DNA from: an uncultured Gammaproteobacteria bacterium
GTDB lineage: Bacteria > Patescibacteriota > Microgenomatia > PFEM01 > DATLAM01
NCBI GenBank assembly: GCA_964566925.1
Contig: CAZMIZ010000002.1
Coordinates: forward strand, 8,647 to 72,646
DNA length: 64,000 bases
Reading direction: 5' to 3'
Shown piece by piece: positions 39,149-48,494 of this stretch. Each line of letters starts with the position of its first letter. Positions within the stretch are counted from its first letter, which is position 1. The notes below the pieces were generated by a model. It was given only the letters and a program-made list of their open reading frames with translations, did no database searches and was not told the DNA's origin. The position numbers were made by a program, and so were the translations under genes.

Positions 39149-40356
39149 TTTACCTTTATCTTAAATATTCGTCTTTTGCCGGCTTTTATTATTTCGCCAC
39201 CTTTAACTTTAATTTTATCTTGAGGATCTATTACTTTCACGCCTTCAAGTTCCAATCCCCCTTGTTGGATTAATCTCTTGGTCTGGGAAATTGTAGCAGT
39301 TCCTGCGTAAGTGGGAAGGACCCGAGGCATCAGTTTTGAGATTGTATAAGTTCCTGGTTTAACCGCTCCTGGAGTCCAGGGAATTTTTGTGGGCTGTTCT
39401 CTTTTTTGAAATTGTTTTTCAAAACCTCTACTCGCAGCTTTTGCTGCTGCCTCGCCATGATACATTTTGACGATTTCAAAAGCAAGTTGTTTTTTAAGAT
39501 CCATTGGGTTTTTCCCACCCTGAAGCGCTCTTTTCAGCTCTTTTATTAATTGAAGCGGGACTAAGGTTAATAGTTCAAATGATAAAAGTATAACTTCATC
39601 GGGGAAAGACATGATTCCGCCATACATATCGCTTGGTGAGGCGTTAAGGAAAAGAGCATTGCCAGTCGTTTTGCCAACCTTTTTACCTTTAGAATCAACT
39701 AAGAGTTTGGTGGTTAAAACAAACTTTTCTTTTCCTTTCATGGCCTTCATTAAAGTCCTGCCGGCAAGCATATTAAATGTTTGATCATTGCCGCCGATTT
39801 CCATATCAACATCCATTTCGACGCAATCAATTGCTTGAGCTACCGGATAAAGGAATTCGTGAAGATGGATTGGTTTACCCTGCTTTAATCTTTTCTGGAA
39901 AAAATCACGCTCCAGCATTTGCTGAACAGTAAAATGGGAGGCGATTTCAATCAAGTCCTTAAAGGTGATTTTGTCACCCCATTGGCTGTTATATAAAATT
40001 TTGGCTGGATTTTTACCATCGAATTTCAAGACTTTTCCTGCCTGAGGTTGCCATTTTTTGGAGTTCTCTAAAACTTGTTTCCTGGTTAACCGCTTTCTAG
40101 TGGCTGACTTATCAGTGGGATCACCAATCATGCCTGTAAAATCACCCACCAAAAAAATAACTTCGTGGCCAAGATCCTGAAATTGCCTTAATTTAAGGAC
40201 GCCCACCATGTTACCTAAATGGAGATTGTCCATTGAAGGATCAAAGCCTTGGTAGAGCCTGATTTTTTCATTAGAACGCAGGATTTTCTCCAGCGTTTGA
40301 CGCGATGGATAAATCTTCTCTACTCCTCTGGTTAAAACTTCATCTATTTTATCCAT
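39145..40356 (-). CDS. tyrS: Tyrosine--tRNA ligase
   Basis: GFDPS..LHLGN, IGDPT, GGNDQ, KVGKT, S4 domain. Confidence 0.95.
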   Translation of the reverse strand: MDKIDEVLTRGVEKIYPSRQTLEKILRSNEKIRLYQGFDPSMDNLHLGNMVGVLKLRQFQDLGHEVIFLVGDFTGMIGDPTDKSATRKRLTRKQVLENSKKWQPQAGKVLKFDGKNPAKILYNSQWGDKITFKDLIEIASHFTVQQMLERDFFQKRLKQGKPIHLHEFLYPVAQAIDCVEMDVDMEIGGNDQTFNMLAGRTLMKAMKGKEKFVLTTKLLVDSKGKKVGKTTGNALFLNASPSDMYGGIMSFPDEVILLSFELLTLVPLQLIKELKRALQGGKNPMDLKKQLAFEIVKMYHGEAAAKAASRGFEKQFQKREQPTKIPWTPGAVKPGTYTISKLMPRVLPTYAGTATISQTKRLIQQGGLELEGVKVIDPQDKIKVKGGEIIKAGKRRIFKIKVK

Positions 40357-40801
40357 TTATTTTTTCCTGATCTAAAGTGATGGTTACTGGACCATCATTG
40401 ACCAATCCTATCTCCATTCTAGCACCAAATTCCCCTTTTTCAACCCGTAAACCTGATTTTTTCAGTTCGGCAATAAATTTCCCAACCAGATTTTTAGCCA
40501 CCTCTGGTTTAGCCGCTTGGACGAAGCTGGGCCTTCGCCCCTTTCTGGTATCTGCATATAAAGTAAATTGAGGGACCACTAGGATTTCTCCTTGAATATC
40601 AACAATCGATTGGTTCATATGATCTTTTTCATCAGCCATGATTCGGAGTTCCAGGATTTTTTTCGCCAGAAACCGAACCTCTTCTTCGCTGTCACCTGTT
40701 TTTATTCCCACCAGAAGTAAAAATCCGGGGCCAATTTTTCCCACCAGCCTCTCCCCCACTTTGACATTGGCTTTAGTAACTCGCTGGATGATCACCCGCA
40801 T
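40349..40801 (-). CDS. dtd: D-aminoacyl-tRNA deacylase
   Basis: IQRV, PQFTL, GRRPSF, NDGPVT. Confidence 0.95.
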   Translation of the reverse strand: MRVIIQRVTKANVKVGERLVGKIGPGFLLLVGIKTGDSEEEVRFLAKKILELRIMADEKDHMNQSIVDIQGEILVVPQFTLYADTRKGRRPSFVQAAKPEVAKNLVGKFIAELKKSGLRVEKGEFGARMEIGLVNDGPVTITLDQEKING

Positions 40802-40891
40802 GGCTTCTTATTTTATCATCTTATGGTCTCTTAATAAAACTGGTCTTTAGCTTTACTCTCGATGAGAGCTTATGTTACAATTTTTCCTACG

Positions 40892-43513
40892 ATGTCTTGG
40901 CAGCGAGTCTGGAAACAAAGAACGAGACAAATACAGCGGCGGTCACGCTGGCCACGATTATCACGATGGCAGAAATATAGTCGAGCTAAATTGGCCTCAA
41001 GGATAGCTTTTTTTGGCTTCATCGGCGTCGTTGGCCTCACTTTCATTTTAGCTATTCTTTTTGCTTATTATGCCAAGGATTTGCCTCACCCAGATAAAAT
41101 TGTCCGCCAGGAGGGTTTTTCTACCAAGATTTATGACCGGAATGAAGAGCTTTTGTATGATGTTTATGGCCAACAGCGCCGTACCCCGGTCCAGCTCGAA
41201 GAAGCGCCTCTTTATTTACGCCAGGCAACGATCGCGATCGAAGATAAAAATTTCTATAAGCATGGCGGTTTTGACCCCACCGGCATCTTTAGGGCTGCCT
41301 ACAACATCCTCGTTCATCATCGCCTTCAAGGGGGCTCTACTCTTACTCAGCAATTAGTGAAAAATGTTCTTTTAACCTCTCAAAGAACTTTACCTCGAAA
41401 GATTAAAGAATTCATTTTGGCAGTTCAGATTGAGAGTCGCTATTCAAAAGATGAAATTTTACAGATGTATCTTAATGAGGCTCCTTATGGAGGAACCGCC
41501 TGGGGAGTTCAGGCCGCCAGCGAGATTTATTTCGGTAAGAAAGTTTCAGAATTAAATCTGGTGGAGTCAGCCATTTTGGCAGGCTTACCCCAGCAACCAA
41601 GCGTTTATTCTCCTTTCAGCGAAAACCCTAAGGCTTATATTGGGAGAACGACCACCGTTTTGAGAAGGATGCGAGAAGATGGTTATATCAGTCGAGAAGA
41701 GGAAGAAGAAACAGTAGCTCAATTAGAAAAAGTGGAATTTGCTGCGGAGGGAACAAGCTTCAGGGCGCCGCACTTCGTTATGTATGTTAAACGCCAGCTT
41801 GAAGAACGCTACGGCCAAGCAATGGTTGAACAAGGGGGGCTGCGGGTTTACACCACTCTTGATTGGGATTTACAAGAACAAGCCCAGAAAGCCGTTTCCG
41901 AAGAGATTGCCAAGGTTGAATCGATCCATATCACTAACGGGGCAGCCATTGTCTTAGATCCATCAACCGGTGAGATTTTAGCGATGGTGGGTTCTAAAAA
42001 CTACAGCGATCCAGATTATGACGGAAAAGTAAACGTTACCCTCTCTCTGCGTCAGCCAGGATCAGCCATTAAGCCGGTAACTTACGTGAGTGCCTTTAAA
42101 AAAGGTTATACCCCTTCGACTCTCTTAATGGATACGCCAACGACCTTTCCGGTTACTGGGCAGCCGGACTACAAGCCGGTTAATTACGATGGGAACTTTA
42201 ACGGTCCCCTCCAGGTGCGCTTTGCTTTAGGTAATTCAATTAATGTCGCCGCCGTTAAAATGTTGGCAATGGTGGGGATTAAAGACATGTTAACCACCGC
42301 CTATGATATGGGTTTGACTACCCTTGAACCTTCTTCAGAGAACCTACGGCGTTTTGGACTCTCTCTTACCCTTGGGGGAGGCGAAATCCGGTTAATTGAA
42401 ATGGCAGGAGCTTATTCTGCTTTTGCCAATAGCGGGCTTAAAGTGGAACCAATTTCTATTTTAAAGGTGACCGATAAAGAAGGAAAAGCTTTGGAAGAGT
42501 ATAAGCCGGTGGCTGGGCGACGAGTCTTAACCGCTGGCCAGGCCTTTTTGATCTCCCATATTCTTTCCGATAATAATGCCCGGGCAATTACTTTTGGGCC
42601 AGGGAGTGCCATTAATATTACTGGAAGATCCGTAGCAGTTAAGACAGGGACCACTAACGATAAGCGGGATAATTGGACGATTGGTTGGACGCCTCAAATA
42701 ATTGCCGGTGTTTGGGTGGGTAATAATGACAATTCTCAGATGGAACATGTCGCTTCGGGTGTTTCCGGAGCAGCTCCGATTTGGCGGCGGATCATTTTAG
42801 CGGCTCTGGCCGATAAGCCAGTTCGTGGTTTTGTCCAACCTTCCGAGATTGTGACTGCCGAAGTGGATAGTGTTTCTGGATATCGGGCCCATGATGGTTA
42901 TCCTTCTCGAATGGAATACTTTATTAAAGGGACCGAGCCGACCGGAGAGGACCCAGTTCATACCAAACTTAAACTCTGTAAGGGTCAGGATAAACTAGCC
43001 TCTGTGACTCAAATTGCTAGGGGTGATTATGAAGAGAAAGAATATTTTGTCTTCAAAGAAGATGATCCGGTTAGCCCCGACGGCAATAATCGGTGGCAGG
43101 AAGGAATCAATCTTTGGCTGGCAGGTATTGGCGATCCTAAATATCACCCTCCAACTGAATATTGTGGCACTTCTGATGAGGTAGTGGTCCGGATTAAAGA
43201 ACCAGATGATCATCAGGAGCTTTCGACTAATGATGTTAGAGTTAAGGGAGAAGCAATTAGTGATAGCGGCATTAAAAAAATAGAGATTTTTGTTGATGGG
43301 ACCCTTAAAGAAACGATTGGTAAGAGGACTTACGAAAAGATAATTTACATGAGTGATGGGACCCACACGATTAAAGTTAGAGCTGAAGACGAAAATGGCA
43401 AGAGTGGCGAAGCCGAAATTAAAATTGGCGTTAACGTTCCTTGGGATTGGGCCCCAACTCCAACCCCATCTCTGACACCCTCCCCTACCCCTACCCCAAC
43501 ACCAACCCTATGA
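40892..43513 (+). CDS. Class A penicillin-binding protein with Ig-like domain and PT tail
   Basis: EDKNF, GGSTLTQQL, RKIKE, RQPGSAIK, SIN, KTGT. Confidence 0.93.
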   Translation: MSWQRVWKQRTRQIQRRSRWPRLSRWQKYSRAKLASRIAFFGFIGVVGLTFILAILFAYYAKDLPHPDKIVRQEGFSTKIYDRNEELLYDVYGQQRRTPVQLEEAPLYLRQATIAIEDKNFYKHGGFDPTGIFRAAYNILVHHRLQGGSTLTQQLVKNVLLTSQRTLPRKIKEFILAVQIESRYSKDEILQMYLNEAPYGGTAWGVQAASEIYFGKKVSELNLVESAILAGLPQQPSVYSPFSENPKAYIGRTTTVLRRMREDGYISREEEEETVAQLEKVEFAAEGTSFRAPHFVMYVKRQLEERYGQAMVEQGGLRVYTTLDWDLQEQAQKAVSEEIAKVESIHITNGAAIVLDPSTGEILAMVGSKNYSDPDYDGKVNVTLSLRQPGSAIKPVTYVSAFKKGYTPSTLLMDTPTTFPVTGQPDYKPVNYDGNFNGPLQVRFALGNSINVAAVKMLAMVGIKDMLTTAYDMGLTTLEPSSENLRRFGLSLTLGGGEIRLIEMAGAYSAFANSGLKVEPISILKVTDKEGKALEEYKPVAGRRVLTAGQAFLISHILSDNNARAITFGPGSAINITGRSVAVKTGTTNDKRDNWTIGWTPQIIAGVWVGNNDNSQMEHVASGVSGAAPIWRRIILAALADKPVRGFVQPSEIVTAEVDSVSGYRAHDGYPSRMEYFIKGTEPTGEDPVHTKLKLCKGQDKLASVTQIARGDYEEKEYFVFKEDDPVSPDGNNRWQEGINLWLAGIGDPKYHPPTEYCGTSDEVVVRIKEPDDHQELSTNDVRVKGEAISDSGIKKIEIFVDGTLKETIGKRTYEKIIYMSDGTHTIKVRAEDENGKSGEAEIKIGVNVPWDWAPTPTPSLTPSPTPTPTPTL

Positions 43514-43570
43514 TTGGCGCTGGAACGGATATGATATACTAAAAGTGAAACTGGTTAAAGAGAGATTAAA

Positions 43571-43942
43571 ATGGGTGAACGAGAGGAGACTCTTACTGAA
43601 GGAAGAGATACAGAAGCCCAAGCCTTTACTGGCTATCTTGGAAAAACTTGGGAAGAACGTATCAATGGTCTTTTGGAAAAGATCCCTGGATTTAGTGATA
43701 ATGGAATGCCGCCAGAGGAAAAAGATTTATATAGGATTACTTTAACACTTAGGATAATCAATGCTACCTCGGCCGAGATGGTCATCGCCGGAAAAGGAAA
43801 ATTAGCAAGCTTTTATTCTGACATAGCTCAAGAACTGGCAAGACAACATGGTCTAATTTGTGACAGAATGAGCGATGATCAAGGAGTCTTACCTCCTGAG
43901 ATTAAAGAGAGACTAGATTTTGTAAGAGAAGAAGAAATTTAG
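43571..43942 (+). CDS. Hypothetical protein
   Basis: 123-aa ORF filling the gap, -10-like TATACT upstream. Confidence 0.5.
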   Translation: MGEREETLTEGRDTEAQAFTGYLGKTWEERINGLLEKIPGFSDNGMPPEEKDLYRITLTLRIINATSAEMVIAGKGKLASFYSDIAQELARQHGLICDRMSDDQGVLPPEIKERLDFVREEEI

Positions 43943-45954
43943 TCTTTTTGTTTTAACTTCGCTCTACATTTTCTAAAGATAGTGCTGACTACTCTTTTCC
44001 TAATTTTTTTCACTTCTTTATCACTTAAAGTTTTCTGATCACTCTGGTAAGTGAGGCGGAAAGTGCGGGTGTTTTTATAAGAATCGATTAGCTCGACCGA
44101 CTTAATCAACCTACTTGTCCTTTTTATTTCCTCCATCATTTCCCCCACCAAAGTCTTTAGTGGAACAATAAAAGCTAAGTCTTCAACGATCGCCGGATAT
44201 TTAGGGATAGGTGTGAAGGTTTTAATCGTGGTGGCATGTTTGATCAAAAGATCAACATCCAAATCAAAAGCAACCACCCTGCCCTTAATTTCAAACCGCC
44301 GCAGGACCAGAGGATTGATTTCGCCAACCATCCCTAGAGAATCATTTTTAACCATTATTTCAGCCGTCCGTCCGGGATGAAAGACTTTGCCGTAGAAAGT
44401 CTTTTCTAAACCATAGGGTTGAAATTGATAGGTTTTAATGCCTAATTCTTTTAGTAGAACCTCAATGACACCTTTAACTTCGGTAAACTTTTCTTTAACA
44501 TTAACTCCCGCTAAATAAGAGATTTCCTTTGGTTTTCCTTTGTCTTGAGGGAAATAAGCCCGATCGATCTCAAAGAGCCTGAATTTTTCAAAATAGCGGA
44601 GGTTGTCCTTAGTGACTGAAAGCAGTGAAGGGACTAAAGAGCGGCGCATGAACCCTTGATCAACAGTCAAAGGATTAACCAGCTCAAGGTAGTCCTCGTT
44701 GGCCGCCCCGCAGGTTTCCAAAAGCTCTTTTCCTACAAAGGGCGGGGTGAGGATTTCAGTGAAACCGACTCCTTTTAAGAAGAGTTTGATCCTTTTTCTC
44801 CAAAAAAGATCGGCATTAGATCTGGGCGGCTCGTCTTCTTCTTGAGGAAGGGTGACAGGAATTTTATCATAGCCATAAATTCGAGCAATCTCCTCGGCAA
44901 TATCGGCCTCCATTGAAATATCTTGGCGCCAGGAAGGAACGCCAACAATTAAAAGATCGCTTTTCTGTTTAACTTTAAAACCTAAGCGATTAAGGATGGA
45001 AATCATTTCTTGAGGGTTGATGTCAATACCAATAAAGTTATTGAGCCATGAAGGCTTAACTCTGACAATTTTCGGTTCATATTTCTTGTTTTGAATATCG
45101 ATCAATTCTGAGCCGACCCTTGCTCCAGCTAGCTTCTGCATCATCTCGATTGCTCGATTAATCGCTGGCAAAGTGAGAGTAAGATCGAGATTTTTTTCAT
45201 ATCTAGTTGAGGCTTCAGTTCTCAAATTTAATTTCTTACTGGTGATTCGGCTGTTTTTGGCATCAAAAGTAGCTGATTCTAAAATAATTGATTTAGTGCC
45301 TGAGCCAATTTCTGTACTTGCTCCTCCCATGATTGAGGCTAAAGCAATTGGTTTTTCCGCGTCAGCAATTAATAGACTATCCGAATAAAGATCTCTCTTA
45401 ACTCCATCCAAAGTAACTATTTTTTCCCCATCACGCGGGGTTCTGACGATAATATGGTGGTTTTTCACCTTGTCGTAATCGAAGGCATGTAAAGGTTGCC
45501 CGAGTTCAAGCATGACGTAGTTAGTGACATCAACGATATTATTAATTGAACGAACGCCTAGTCTTTCTAAGCCGGTCCTGAGCCAGTTGGGTGAAGGGCC
45601 AATTTTGATACCAGTAAGAACAATACCACAATAGCGAAGGCAAAGATCTTTTGCTCGAGTTTCAATTTTAACTGGTAGCTTTTTTGTTGGCTTGTGTTTT
45701 TGGGCAGCTAGCCTCTCAAGAGGATCGTTAATTTTTGCGTCGAAATAAGCGGCTACTTCTCTGGCCAGGCCCAAATGGGAGAAGCAGTCGGGGCGATGAG
45801 TTAACCCCTTATTTTCAATTTCTAAAATATGATCCTCTCCTTTTCTCTCAATATTTTCGATCTCAGCTAAGGAAAGAGTGATTTTATCAGCCGCCGCCTG
45901 GGGCGATTTTTGAATTTTTACAAATTTTTTCAGCCAATTATAAGAGATGAGCAT
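43939..45954 (-). CDS. pheT: Phenylalanine--tRNA ligase beta subunit (short form)
   Basis: MLISYNWL, RPDCFS, GQPLHAFD, EEIARIYGY, FDX-ACB. Confidence 0.95.
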   Translation of the reverse strand: MLISYNWLKKFVKIQKSPQAAADKITLSLAEIENIERKGEDHILEIENKGLTHRPDCFSHLGLAREVAAYFDAKINDPLERLAAQKHKPTKKLPVKIETRAKDLCLRYCGIVLTGIKIGPSPNWLRTGLERLGVRSINNIVDVTNYVMLELGQPLHAFDYDKVKNHHIIVRTPRDGEKIVTLDGVKRDLYSDSLLIADAEKPIALASIMGGASTEIGSGTKSIILESATFDAKNSRITSKKLNLRTEASTRYEKNLDLTLTLPAINRAIEMMQKLAGARVGSELIDIQNKKYEPKIVRVKPSWLNNFIGIDINPQEMISILNRLGFKVKQKSDLLIVGVPSWRQDISMEADIAEEIARIYGYDKIPVTLPQEEDEPPRSNADLFWRKRIKLFLKGVGFTEILTPPFVGKELLETCGAANEDYLELVNPLTVDQGFMRRSLVPSLLSVTKDNLRYFEKFRLFEIDRAYFPQDKGKPKEISYLAGVNVKEKFTEVKGVIEVLLKELGIKTYQFQPYGLEKTFYGKVFHPGRTAEIMVKNDSLGMVGEINPLVLRRFEIKGRVVAFDLDVDLLIKHATTIKTFTPIPKYPAIVEDLAFIVPLKTLVGEMMEEIKRTSRLIKSVELIDSYKNTRTFRLTYQSDQKTLSDKEVKKIRKRVVSTIFRKCRAKLKQKD

Positions 45955-45956
45955 AA

Positions 45957-46973
45957 TTAAAATTGATTCAGGAAACGCAAGTCGCCCCCAGTAAAAAGAC
46001 GAATATCATCAACTTGATATTTGATCATTGCTAATCTAGTCGGTCCAGGGCAAAAAGCAAAGCCGGAATATTTCTTAGGATCAATCTTGGCGTTTTTTAA
46101 AACTACTGGGTGGATCATGCCTGATCCCAGAATCTCCAGCCAACCAGAACCTCCACAAGCAGAACACCCCTTTCCCTTACAGTGAGGGCAAGAGGCCGAG
46201 ATTTCGGCGCAAGGCTCAACATAAGGGAAATAGCTAGCCCTAAATTGGAGTTTAGTTTCGTAACCTAGAACCTTCTGTAAAAAGGCATAAAGAGTACCTT
46301 TCAAGTCAGCAAAGGAGATGTTTTTACCAACGGCAACGCCTTCATAGTGATGAAAGCAGGCTGCATGGGTCGCATCCTCTCTTTCGCAACGAAAAACCCA
46401 GCCAGGCACAGCGACCTTAAAGGGTGGTTTTAGTTTTTCCATCACTCTTACCTGCATAGCTGAAGTATGGGTTCGGGGGAGCATGCCGTTAGTCAACCAG
46501 AAGGTATCCTGAAGATCTCGGGCTGGGTGATGCTTTGGGATATTTAAAACCTCAAAATTATAATGATCAGTTTCGATCTCCGGCCCTTCCATGATTTGAT
46601 AACCCATTTGTTCAAAGACCTCGGTTAATTCCCAATTGATTTGAGTGACGGGATTAATATGACCAACAGGAGGTTTTTTGCCAGGAGCAGTTACATCAAG
46701 CCAATCATGATCAATGGCTGATGGCTGATGGCTGATGGCTGATGACTGACTGGCGATGGCGTTTTCGATCGCCTTTTTAACGTCATTAAGAAGCCGGCCT
46801 AATTCTTTTTTTTCTTCAGGTTCAAGAGAGGGCAGTTCTTTTAAAAGCTGGGTGATTTCGCCTTTGCGCCCTAGATAGTTAATTCTTAACTCTTCCAGCT
46901 CTTTCCCATCTTGAGCCTCAAGAATACTGGAAATCGCCTGGCTTTTGAGATTTTGAATTTTAGCAATATCCAT
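45957..46973 (-). CDS. pheS: Phenylalanine--tRNA ligase alpha subunit
   Basis: HPARDLQDTF, RTHTS, DATH, YFPYVEP, GWLEILG. Confidence 0.96.
   Translation of the reverse strand: MDIAKIQNLKSQAISSILEAQDGKELEELRINYLGRKGEITQLLKELPSLEPEEKKELGRLLNDVKKAIENAIASQSSAISHQPSAIDHDWLDVTAPGKKPPVGHINPVTQINWELTEVFEQMGYQIMEGPEIETDHYNFEVLNIPKHHPARDLQDTFWLTNGMLPRTHTSAMQVRVMEKLKPPFKVAVPGWVFRCEREDATHAACFHHYEGVAVGKNISFADLKGTLYAFLQKVLGYETKLQFRASYFPYVEPCAEISASCPHCKGKGCSACGGSGWLEILGSGMIHPVVLKNAKIDPKKYSGFAFCPGPTRLAMIKYQVDDIRLFTGGDLRFLNQF
46714..46748. repeat. Heptamer tandem repeat (ATGGCTG)x4 + 1 variant in pheS
   Basis: Read directly; encodes QSSAISHQPSAI. Confidence 0.9.
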
Positions 46974-47004
46974 GACTGTTTTTCTTTAAAATTATTCTAT
47001 CATA

Positions 47005-47214
47005 TTACCAAATAGATGGTTTTTCTGGATTTAAGAGATGAGTTTGCATTGGTCTGCCATCAGGGCAAAGGCTGGCCTGGACTTCTCTAGCGGCGGACAC
47101 TATCTCGGCTTCATTGGTTTGCCTTCCTTCTCTATTAGCTCTTTTTTCGGCTATGGCCAATACGTTACAACCAGCACAACTTCCGGTTTGAGCTTGTAGG
47201 CATTCTTTTTTCAT
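47005..47214 (-). CDS. Small Cys-containing hypothetical protein
   Basis: Strong SD AGAAAGGAGGT; C-x7-C-x2-C...C. Confidence 0.7.
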   Translation of the reverse strand: MKKECLQAQTGSCAGCNVLAIAEKRANREGRQTNEAEIVSAAREVQASLCPDGRPMQTHLLNPEKPSIW

Positions 47215-47232
47215 TTTTACCTCCTTTCTGAC

Positions 47233-47257
47233 AATAAAAAACTCCCCTTTAGGGAGT
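47233..47257 (-). terminator. Attenuator terminator upstream of pheST
   Basis: Minus strand ACTCCC-TAAAG-GGGAGT-TTTTTATT. Confidence 0.8.
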
Positions 47258-47315
47258 GTTGTTTTTTATTTTCTTAGTTCTTTAAAAGCGCAAAATCCAA
47301 CCTCCCCGTGGACAG

Positions 47316-47369
47316 CTAAGCAAAAGTAAAGCTAAAAATTGCTGTTTGGGTATTGGTTGGAACTTGCAT
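47316..47369 (-). CDS. Putative Phe leader peptide (PheM-like), MQVPTNTQTAIFSFTFA
   Basis: 17 codons with three TTT codons near the end, between the promoter and terminator upstream of pheST. Confidence 0.7.
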   Translation of the reverse strand: MQVPTNTQTAIFSFTFA

Positions 47370-47377
47370 TGGGGGAG

Positions 47378-47407
47378 ATTATACGATACGGGTTAAGATT
47401 TTGTCAA
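47378..47407 (-). promoter_or_regulatory. pheST promoter
   Basis: Consensus TTGACA-18-TATAAT overlapping the rplT stop. Confidence 0.8.
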
Positions 47408-47748
47408 GCTTTTATCTTTTTCACTATTGCCCTGAAACTGTCTGGGTCTTCGAGGCCAATGTCAGCGAGAATTTTGCGGTTGAGTTCAATTTTAGCTTTT
47501 TTAAGGCCGTTGATGAATTTGGAATAGGAAATTTCGTGGGGAGTCAGGGCGGCGTTAATTCGCGTTACCCAAAGCCTTCGCAGGTCGCGTTTCCTGAGTT
47601 TTCTGCCGATAAAAGCATATTGACCGGCGTGGAGGTCAGCCTCTTTAGAGACTTTGTAGAGCCGGCCTCGAGTCATCCGAAAGCCTTTAGTTCGCTTTAA
47701 AACCTTTTTATGCCTTTTTCTTCTGGTGGTGCCAGTTTTAACTCTCAT
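47404..47748 (-). CDS. rplT: 50S ribosomal protein L20
   Basis: MRVKTG..RKLRKRDLRRLWVTRINAA..LNRKILA. Confidence 0.97.
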   Translation of the reverse strand: MRVKTGTTRRKRHKKVLKRTKGFRMTRGRLYKVSKEADLHAGQYAFIGRKLRKRDLRRLWVTRINAALTPHEISYSKFINGLKKAKIELNRKILADIGLEDPDSFRAIVKKIKA

Positions 47749-47750
47749 TC

Positions 47751-47951
47751 TTATTTTCCTAGTAGTTTCTTGACTTTTCTTTTCCAGGCGCCTTTTAACT
47801 CTTTAGAAACTTTTTGAGCCCGAACTTGGCCTTTTTTCTTCTTTCGGCGCAAATGACCAATATGGGAACCCCGGCGTAAGATTTTGCCAGTTTTGGTGAC
47901 TTTAAACCTTCTTTTGATTGACTTTCTTATCTTTTGCTTTGTTTTTGCCAT
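47751..47951 (-). CDS. rpmI: 50S ribosomal protein L35
   Basis: KRRFKVTKTGKI; between infC and rplT. Confidence 0.93.
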   Translation of the reverse strand: MAKTKQKIRKSIKRRFKVTKTGKILRRGSHIGHLRRKKKKGQVRAQKVSKELKGAWKRKVKKLLGK

Positions 47952-48474
47952 TCTGGCCTCCTTTTAGGGGAGAGAGGGTCATTGTCAGTTGACGGCCAAA
48001 GAATTTTGGCTCTTGCTCGATGGCTGAGAGAGAAGAAAGCTGCCCAATGATTTTTTTTAAAAGATCGTAGCCAAACTGTTTCCGGGTAATTTCTCTCCCA
48101 AAAAAACGAACGGTAACTTTAAGTTTATGGCCTTCTTTTAAGAATTCTTCGGCTCGAGCCAAACGAAACTCCAGGTCTTTTTTGGCAATAAAAGGCCGAA
48201 ACCTGATTTCCTTAATTTCTCCTTTTTTAGCTTTTTTCCTTTCCTCTTTTTGTTTTTTAGACTCGAGGTATTTAAATTTTTTAAAATCAATGATTTTACA
48301 AACCGGAGGCTTGGCCTTAGGTGCTACTTCTATTAAATCAAGGCCAACTTGGTTGGCCTTTTTTAAAGCTTCTCCGAGAGAAAGAACGCCAATTTGCTTG
48401 CCTGCCTCGTCAACAACTCGGACTTGATCCGCTTGAATGTAATGGTTAATCCGATAAAACTTTCTTTTTGCCAA
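47902..48474 (-). CDS. infC: Translation initiation factor IF-3
   Basis: RINHYI, LDLIEVAP..PPVCKIID, FFGRE. Confidence 0.96.
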   Translation of the reverse strand: MAKRKFYRINHYIQADQVRVVDEAGKQIGVLSLGEALKKANQVGLDLIEVAPKAKPPVCKIIDFKKFKYLESKKQKEERKKAKKGEIKEIRFRPFIAKKDLEFRLARAEEFLKEGHKLKVTVRFFGREITRKQFGYDLLKKIIGQLSSLSAIEQEPKFFGRQLTMTLSPLKGGQNGKNKAKDKKVNQKKV

Positions 48475-48494
48475 TCTGATTGGTTTTTAGCTTA

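Noticed and set aside
43452-43510. DNA repeat at the PBP 3' end
   Set aside because: Codon-degenerate Pro-Thr tail, a protein-level low-complexity feature.
47215-47400. T-box riboswitch for pheST
   Set aside because: No AAGGTGGNACC-like T-box motif or stem I; the leader-peptide model fits better.
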